Part shown: positions 58,634-64,000 of the stretch, in pieces
Position numbering within the stretch: the stretch's first letter is position 1
How the letters are laid out: each line of letters starts with the position of its first letter
DNA from: a plasmid
DNA length: 64,000 bases
Sequence record: NZ_CP028352.1
Direction: 5' to 3' (one strand)
Made by a program: the position numbers and the translations under genes
The notes under the pieces: generated by a model
Seen by the model: the letters and a program-made list of their open reading frames with translations, nothing else
The model's database searches: none
Told to the model about the DNA's origin: nothing

Positions 58634-60310
58634 TTATTCCGGCTTGTACGCCATCAGGCGAACCACACGAACCCCGGTTCCCGCAAACATGCCCTCAATC
58701 GGCGCAGACCAGTTGCAGTCCCAGCCTGGCAGCAGGTCTTTGCGGTCACTGCCTGCGGGCAGAATGGCCGCCAAGCGCCCGCCGTCCTTCACCAGTGCCG
58801 CCGCTGCGTTAAGGTGCGCTACTGCCCGACCTTCGCTGTATGGCGGATTCATCACTACTACGTCAAAACGTTGCGGCGTCATCTGCGACCATTGCAGGAA
58901 ATCGGCTTCGATCACGTTGTGTCCTTTTGCCTCCAGTACGCGGCAGTGCAGCGGCGAAATCTCTACGCAGGTGGTTTGCATTTTCGGCATCAGGTCGGCA
59001 AGTCCGCCCATACCCGCGCTCGGCTCCAGGCAGGTTTCCCCCTCGCGGATATCCGCCTCGTTAAGCAGCTGCGCGGCGAGTTCGCCCGTGGTCGGGTAAA
59101 ACTGGTGTGTTTTCTGGTCCGGCAGCGCGCCGGAAAGCTGGACATCTTCAAGCGCCGTTGTCGGGTCGTAATCAAACTCGAACCAGGTAAAAGCATTGAT
59201 ATTCATTTTTACGCCGCCCAGGCTCATAAGCACTTTTTCTGCTTCTGCGCGTGCGGCCTTGTTCTCATCCGAATAACCTTTTAAACGGCGGTTAAAGGGG
59301 TTCGTAGTGACAGGCGGGCGCGGTTCTTCCCAGCGGTTGCGCTTTAAGGGTTCGGTGCGCTCTGTCTCCAGATCACTGAGTACGCTCAGGACAGAAAAAG
59401 GCAGCAGATTCGAATGCAGATCAAAACTTTTTACCTTTGTGCGCGGCTTCTGACGGTGCTCCGCAGGGATAGCCGCCGGATGCAAGAAGGCCAGAATGTC
59501 ATTAAGGCGCCAAGCCATGTCCGGATGAATTTCAAGGTGAATAGTGCCTTTCATAAAGGCTTTTACGCGCAGTGCTCCGCCGTCGATAGCAACCCACTCA
59601 CCCGAACGGGCGCGCGCGATGTTCAGAATTTTATTAGTCGTGTTCAGGCCGGTAGCATCACGGCCCATGAACTTCGCAATCACTTTGCGCAGGTCATCTA
59701 CGTAGCCGGTGCGCTCGTAATTGCACATTCCCCACTGATCGAACATGCATTCGATAATCATGCGTTTGCTGAAGCCTTCCGGGCGGTTGGTCACGTGGCT
59801 GCGTGACAGGCTGCGGAAAATACCGTCAACGCGCTCGGAGAAAAATTTCTGACGTGAGAAAAGCAGCTCGGAAAGCGTCGCGCGCACGGCATTTTCCTCA
59901 AAATCCGGTGCTTTCATCTCATGGATCTGATTGTTCCACTCGTTGCGGCGATCGTTGGGCATATACTCGTAAACGTCAGTCAGGTTTAGCGCCTGTTGCC
60001 AGAAATCAGCGTTAAGGGAAGCTATCGCGCCAGGCAAGTCAAACACCACGCGCACAGGCGGCATGTGCAGCCGGGAATTACGTACATTGCCACGCATGAA
60101 ATACTCAACCGCATCGGCATTCTCACCTTCGCGTAAAGTGGCCGAAATATTTTTTAATTTTGCGTACATCAAGCCATAGCGGCCTAACAGGCCGTCAATA
60201 ACGTCTGTTTCAACGGGTGCAAAAAAGGTATCTGAAATGACTTCCCCGGCGTTGATTGGGCCGCGGTCGGTTGTCGCATCAGGGGTGACGTTTACGAGTG
60301 TGTTTTGCAT
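58634..60310 (-). CDS. Orphan N6-adenine DNA methyltransferase with a long N-terminal extension, about 558 aa
   Basis: C-terminal motif I LEPSAGMGGL and motif IV VMNPPY; start MQNTLVNV lies immediately downstream of repeat copy 2. Confidence 0.7.
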   Translation of the reverse strand: MQNTLVNVTPDATTDRGPINAGEVISDTFFAPVETDVIDGLLGRYGLMYAKLKNISATLREGENADAVEYFMRGNVRNSRLHMPPVRVVFDLPGAIASLNADFWQQALNLTDVYEYMPNDRRNEWNNQIHEMKAPDFEENAVRATLSELLFSRQKFFSERVDGIFRSLSRSHVTNRPEGFSKRMIIECMFDQWGMCNYERTGYVDDLRKVIAKFMGRDATGLNTTNKILNIARARSGEWVAIDGGALRVKAFMKGTIHLEIHPDMAWRLNDILAFLHPAAIPAEHRQKPRTKVKSFDLHSNLLPFSVLSVLSDLETERTEPLKRNRWEEPRPPVTTNPFNRRLKGYSDENKAARAEAEKVLMSLGGVKMNINAFTWFEFDYDPTTALEDVQLSGALPDQKTHQFYPTTGELAAQLLNEADIREGETCLEPSAGMGGLADLMPKMQTTCVEISPLHCRVLEAKGHNVIEADFLQWSQMTPQRFDVVVMNPPYSEGRAVAHLNAAAALVKDGGRLAAILPAGSDRKDLLPGWDCNWSAPIEGMFAGTGVRVVRLMAYKPE

Positions 60311-60358
60311 GGCATAGCTCCTTAAATCCGGCTGAGTGGGTGCAGCACGCGCTGCGGA

Positions 60359-60818
60359 CCCGAAAAAGACCTTCTCTGACGCGGGTTTTATCTTTCCGGT
60401 CTGGCCTTTCGCGGCGAAGGGCAAAGGAGCAACGGCAGACGACCGGAGTATGGGCGTCACCGGAGGCCGCAGCGCAAGCGAGCCGGGTTTATGGCGAGTG
60501 CGAACGGGCGAGGAACGGCGAAGCGAACCTATACGGCAGGGCGGATGACGGTGCTACGAAAAGCCCTCCGCGAAAGACTGGGCCGGAAGGCAGTAAAAGC
60601 CGTCAGGGACCGCCCGGCGGTCCTCCCTGGAGCCGCGGCGGCCCCTCTGCCGGGGCGGTGAAGGCACCGGCGCTAGCCGGTTGCAGGGGTTGACCTTAGC
60701 CATCAGACTCTAGCCGGCAGGCCCGAAACCGCTTGCGGGTTCGGCGGAGCTTACCGGCTTTGCCGGTTAGCGGAGTGAGGCTAGACGAGCCGGCGAAGCC
60801 GGGGAGCCGGAGGGGGCC
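60359..60818. repeat. ssi/Frpo-like leading-region repeat, copy 2
   Basis: Colinear with 55990-56437. Confidence 0.7.
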
Positions 60819-61552
60819 ACTTCAGGAATTAGCTGGATATTTAATTTGGTAATTTTTTTACCTTCCATAGCATCCGTCTTAAAAATATAATATCCATTAC
60901 TAAGCTGATGATTTTTTATTTTTTTAGCAAGGATATTATCTGCCGAATAATTCACTATCGCAAAGTAATCATTTTCAATAAAAACATCATACTCTACTTT
61001 ATTATGGCAATTGATATAAGACGTCAAAAATGCACCAGGAAAAACAACTATAAATAAAAAAACCAACAAAAATACCCTGCAACGATTAATAACGTTGATA
61101 ATGCCCACTTCGCTCTCATCTTGATAATGCCATGATTTACCATTAAAAACATTTGCAAGATGCTCCTTGTTCCTTAAGATTACACCAATTTCAATACATA
61201 TAACAACTGCTGCAAAAATTAACGCATAAATCTGGTTAAAACCTTTAGTAGAATAATAAGCAACAGCAGGGAAATAAATAAAAATAAAAACCATCATAAG
61301 CCTTACATAGATACGACTCTTCTTTTTTCTAAACAAAAAATAATAGAATGAAAAACCAAGAATTACAAAAAAAACCATTATAAAATACAAGGATGTATAT
61401 GCAATCCTCATAACATCTAAGCTCATTAACTCAAGAGGTATTTTATAAAAAAACGCCTGCGCAAGTATTCCCATGAATGCCTGTAAGTATAAGGTTCCAG
61501 TTATGGCAGCCAGTATGTAACTATCTTTATTGAGTATTTTCATTTTAATCAC
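60767..61552 (-). CDS. AT-rich polytopic membrane protein, 261 aa (about 28% GC); the C-terminal 20 codons read into the GC-rich repeat
   Basis: Five predicted TM helices; an abrupt composition change at about 60825 and 61612. Confidence 0.5.
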   Translation of the reverse strand: MIKMKILNKDSYILAAITGTLYLQAFMGILAQAFFYKIPLELMSLDVMRIAYTSLYFIMVFFVILGFSFYYFLFRKKKSRIYVRLMMVFIFIYFPAVAYYSTKGFNQIYALIFAAVVICIEIGVILRNKEHLANVFNGKSWHYQDESEVGIINVINRCRVFLLVFLFIVVFPGAFLTSYINCHNKVEYDVFIENDYFAIVNYSADNILAKKIKNHQLSNGYYIFKTDAMEGKKITKLNIQLIPEVAPSGSPASPARLASLR

Positions 61553-61620
61553 TTTAAACGTATAAGTATTTTTATTTTACATGACTGGAATCAAAGTCGC
61601 AGACTTTGACTATAGTTTAG

Positions 61621-61636
61621 CCGCCGCAGGCGGCGG
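61621..61636. promoter_or_regulatory. GC hairpin CCGCCG-CAGG-CGGCGG
   Basis: Perfect 6-bp inverted repeat. Confidence 0.4.
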
Positions 61637-61670
61637 GTGTTTCGCGCGGCAAAACGCATTTCCGGGCGTC

Positions 61671-61695
61671 CCTGCCCTGCCCTGCCCTGCCCTGC
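61671..61695. repeat. Pentanucleotide tandem repeat (CCTGC)x5
   Basis: Direct reading; lies upstream (on the minus strand) of the AT-rich membrane gene. Confidence 0.9.
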
Positions 61696-61705
61696 TCTCC
61701 TTTCT

Positions 61706-62101
61706 TTATTCGTTTATAGCGAGGTGTATGCGCATTAGTGCTTCCCGGACTGCGCTCGCTTCCCCTTCAGGACCTGCCTCTGGCAATCTTTCCGCTGCCT
61801 GCAACAATATTTCCACATCGCAGGCTGAAAGAGTCACCAGCCGGTTATGCCGTTCGGCGGCATAGCAAATGTTATCAGCAAGAACGCGGAGGGTTTCAGC
61901 CCCCACGCCCGCCTCGTGCTGCGCATCCCTGTCCCACGTGGCGAGGTCGCAGATGATTTCGGTGGCGGTTTCCCCGGTTACATGCTCCTCGCCCATTACC
62001 CTCATCACGTCTTCTTTACGCCAGATAATCAGCGTGATTTTCTGGTCGCCCTCAAACTGCGCTTTCAGGCGGTTACACAGCTGGCTTACGGTTCCGTACA
62101 T
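61706..62101 (-). CDS. Leading-region protein of unknown function, 131 aa, paralog A
   Basis: N-terminus MYGTVSQLCNRL...TLIIWRKEDV is shared with the adjacent gene. Confidence 0.55.
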   Translation of the reverse strand: MYGTVSQLCNRLKAQFEGDQKITLIIWRKEDVMRVMGEEHVTGETATEIICDLATWDRDAQHEAGVGAETLRVLADNICYAAERHNRLVTLSACDVEILLQAAERLPEAGPEGEASAVREALMRIHLAINE

Positions 62102-62115
62102 GGTTTTCTCCTTAC

Positions 62116-62136
62116 CGGGGCGGCGCTGCCGCCCCG
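62116..62136 (-). promoter_or_regulatory. 9-bp GC hairpin (CGGGGCGGC-GCT-GCCGCCCCG) 3 nt upstream of the SD of paralog A
   Basis: Perfect stem; identical in context to 62592-62612. Confidence 0.5.
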
Positions 62137-62148
62137 TCCTGTCAGATT

Positions 62149-62577
62149 TTATTTTTTACCGCCGCTCTGCTCTCTCAGCAGCGCGCTGATCCGGCAAAGT
62201 GCCGCCGTTTCCGCCGGGAACCGGCGGGCAAATGCCCCTTCCCCGTTCTGCGCATCCTCAAGGCGCATAAAGTCCCATGCCACCCTGATCGCCGTCTCAA
62301 GCGCAGCTGCGGGCACGGTTGCTTCCCGCACCTGCTCAGCCTCATCCAGCAGACTTTGCGCCAGGCTCTGCAACTCATCGAGTCCCACGCCTGTATCATG
62401 CTGATCATCCTGCCATTCAATTCGTCTTAAAATTTCTTCGGCGGCTTCATCTGTGATTCTGGAATCATCCAGGACAGCCAGCACGTCTTCTTTTGTCCAG
62501 ATAATCAGCGTCATAAGTTCGTCAGATTTGAAGTGCTGCATCAACCGGGCGCAGAGTGCGTTAACGGTTCCGTACAT
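62149..62577 (-). CDS. Leading-region protein of unknown function, 142 aa, paralog B
   Basis: MYGTVNALCARL...TLIIWTKEDV. Confidence 0.55.
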   Translation of the reverse strand: MYGTVNALCARLMQHFKSDELMTLIIWTKEDVLAVLDDSRITDEAAEEILRRIEWQDDQHDTGVGLDELQSLAQSLLDEAEQVREATVPAAALETAIRVAWDFMRLEDAQNGEGAFARRFPAETAALCRISALLREQSGGKK

Positions 62578-62591
62578 GGTTTTCTCCTTAC

Positions 62592-62612
62592 CGGGGCGGC
62601 CCTGCCGCCCCG
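62592..62612 (-). promoter_or_regulatory. 9-bp GC hairpin (CGGGGCGGC-CCT-GCCGCCCCG) between klcA and paralog B
   Basis: Same stem as 62116-62136. Confidence 0.5.
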
Positions 62613-62619
62613 TGATTTA

Positions 62620-63057
62620 TCAGTTCAGGGCGCAGAAAATGGCGGCCGCTTCGGGATGGGTTTTCACACATTCCATCAGCTGGCGGTGGCGCTGGCAGAA
62701 ATGCGCACTCAGTTCTTCGTCGTCGTGGCGGTCGTAGAGCCAGCTGCGATGGTTAAGAACCAGCGCCGTGATGATGATCCCCGCCGCGTCGGCGCTGATT
62801 TCCAGTTCCGTCCAGTGATACGGGTTCGAATACATGTAGCGTTCTTCGCCTTCCGGTTTCATGTACCCGCCGCCGCCAGGCAGCTGTACAAAGTCCCAGA
62901 CCGTTCCGTCATAGTTCGCCAGGTAGCGGCTGGCGTAGAGGTACACGTTGTTTTCGGCCTGCACGTAATCGTGACCAAACAGGGAAGGCAGAAAACGCAG
63001 ACTGACAAAATCGGCCAGAACGGATGCCGTCGGGAAAACGTGGGGTTGTGTGTTCAT
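62620..63057 (-). CDS. klcA: KlcA/ArdB-family anti-restriction protein, 145 aa
   Basis: MNTQP...LADFVSLRFLPSLFG...YDGTVWDFVQLPGGGGYMKP...ELEISADAAGIIITALVL...HPEAAAIFCALN matches KlcA throughout. Confidence 0.75.
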   Translation of the reverse strand: MNTQPHVFPTASVLADFVSLRFLPSLFGHDYVQAENNVYLYASRYLANYDGTVWDFVQLPGGGGYMKPEGEERYMYSNPYHWTELEISADAAGIIITALVLNHRSWLYDRHDDEELSAHFCQRHRQLMECVKTHPEAAAIFCALN

Positions 63058-63135
63058 CAGATATCTCCGCAGTCAAAGGGGTTACAGTTCCGGCCTGTGC
63101 CGTGACTGAATGACAGCCCGGCGGAAAGCGGAGTG

Positions 63136-63300
63136 TTCAGGAGCGACACCGCAGGCCGCAGCGCAAGCGAGCGGGAGACGGGATTACGCACGGCGCTGGC
63201 GCGAATTTCTGAGCGGCAGCGCGACGGAAGTAAGCGCGGCGGAGCGAGTGCGAACGGGCGAGGATGGCGAGCGGAGCGATCTCTTGAACACGCAGCGGCC
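63136..63300. repeat. Divergent third copy of part of the ssi/Frpo-like repeat, upstream of klcA
   Basis: Shares GAGGCCGCAGCGCAAGCGAGC and GAGTGCGAACGGGCGAGGA with copy 2. Confidence 0.55.
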
Positions 63301-63520
63301 GGGCTAAAGTGAAGTCACGGCACCGGCCGCAGACCGCACGGACCAGGTTTTCTGCCCTGTCCCGCCGCATGGCGGAATATAGCGGCGCGCAGCAACTTCC
63401 TTATTCCATTCTGTCCACAGCCCGGGTGCATAGCCTGGCTATAACCCTGTGGACAAAAGCGCAACGGCGGCAGTATCCGCGCACAGACAGCAGGCGATCA
63501 TAAAATGACCGCCCCGTCCG

Positions 63521-63751
63521 TTATTTCAGGTGGCCGCGCATCTCGGCCGCCCGCCGGTACAGCGCCACCAGTTCGGTATCAATCTGCTCGATCAGCATCC
63601 CGGCCATTTTCTGCGCCGGCGCCGCGCCACGGAAAAGATGGCGTTTTGTCATATCCCGTAACCGCAGGTGAAACTCGTAAAGCGACTCTTCCAGGTCGTT
63701 AATGTCGTCGGTAAGCTGCGTGTTTTCGGTTGTCAGTATCTGGTCTGTCAT
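63521..63751 (-). CDS. Hypothetical small protein, 76 aa
   Basis: ORF only. Confidence 0.35.
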   Translation of the reverse strand: MTDQILTTENTQLTDDINDLEESLYEFHLRLRDMTKRHLFRGAAPAQKMAGMLIEQIDTELVALYRRAAEMRGHLK

Positions 63752-63786
63752 GGTGCTGTCCTTATGGTCTGGTTACGGAAAATACG

Positions 63787-64000
63787 TTATGCGGCATGAG
63801 CGGCACGGGCGGCGCGCAGTTCTCCCAGGCGGCGCAGGCCGGCGGTGTGGTACTGCTCCAGCAGTTCGATACCGATCCAGCGGCGGCCGCACTGGTCCGC
63901 GGCGACGCAGGTCGAGCCGGAGCCTGCAAACGGGTCTAAAACCAGATCACCGGGCTTCGTGAAGGTTTCGATAAGCGGCTGCAACACGCTTACCGGCTTT
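63787..64000 (-). CDS. DNA methyltransferase (beta-class N6/N4), C-terminal part; the 5' end lies beyond the window
   Basis: Motif [12 protein letters not shown] at the C-terminus. Confidence 0.6.
   Translation of the reverse strand, partial: KPVSVLQPLIETFTKPGDLVLDPFAGSGSTCVAADQCGRRWIGIELLEQYHTAGLRRLGELRAARAAHAA

Noticed and set aside
1-64000. CRISPR arrays, tRNA or rRNA genes
   Set aside because: No regularly spaced direct repeats with unique spacers are visible, and nothing resembles tRNA or rRNA structure. The only tandem repeats are the short microsatellites and the leading-region repeats described above.

Overview
The window looks like part of a large mosaic conjugative plasmid from an enterobacterial-type host. 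All but two credible genes are on the minus strand; the exceptions are the SRAP gene (3592-4272) and a small hypothetical (54182-54511), both on plus. From left to right:

- **1-2845:** the right-hand end of an inserted element carrying two overlapping tyrosine-recombinase genes of unequal size, which recalls Tn554 tnpA/tnpB. The insertion cuts a umuD-umuC-type operon and leaves a 76-codon umuC stub.
- **3076-5168:** a umuD-like gene that starts at the UmuD' cleavage position, a divergent SOS-response-associated peptidase (SRAP), and an unknown 299-aa gene.
- **5880-7582:** a replicon of the IncFII/I-complex family: DnaA box with a putative ori, repA1-like initiator, an inferred antisense-control region, and copB-like.
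- **7707-8967:** a secreted PLD-family nuclease and a hypothetical gene.
- **9179-37647:** a near-complete I-type (Dot/Icm-like, IncI1 R64-like) transfer system. In order: trbC/B/A, an exc-like gene, traY, seven extra small ORFs, the traU ATPase, traT through traL analogues, sog primase (1593 aa), traK, traJ, traI, traH.
- **37761-50560:** a thin-pilus pil operon (pilV back through pilL) with no shufflon or rci, followed by a low-GC lipoprotein gene, a small HNH-like gene and a hypothetical.
- **50577-51541:** two small regulator genes (Arc-like and LuxR-like).
- **51651-54160:** nikB/nikA MOBP relaxase genes and a candidate oriT.
- **54160-64000:** a leading region. Every gene here points toward oriT. 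It contains three copies of an ssi/Frpo-like structured repeat of about 450 bp, each upstream of a gene or operon. Their cargo includes an orphan adenine methyltransferase operon ending in a higBA toxin-antitoxin pair, an AT-rich (about 28% GC) membrane-protein gene that looks like a recent insertion, two tandem paralogous genes each preceded by an identical GC hairpin, a klcA/ardB anti-restriction gene, and a second methyltransferase gene cut by the window end.

Almost all plus-strand ORFs in the six-frame track are high-GC antisense artefacts; the real plus-strand genes are the two named above. No CRISPR array, tRNA or rRNA was seen.
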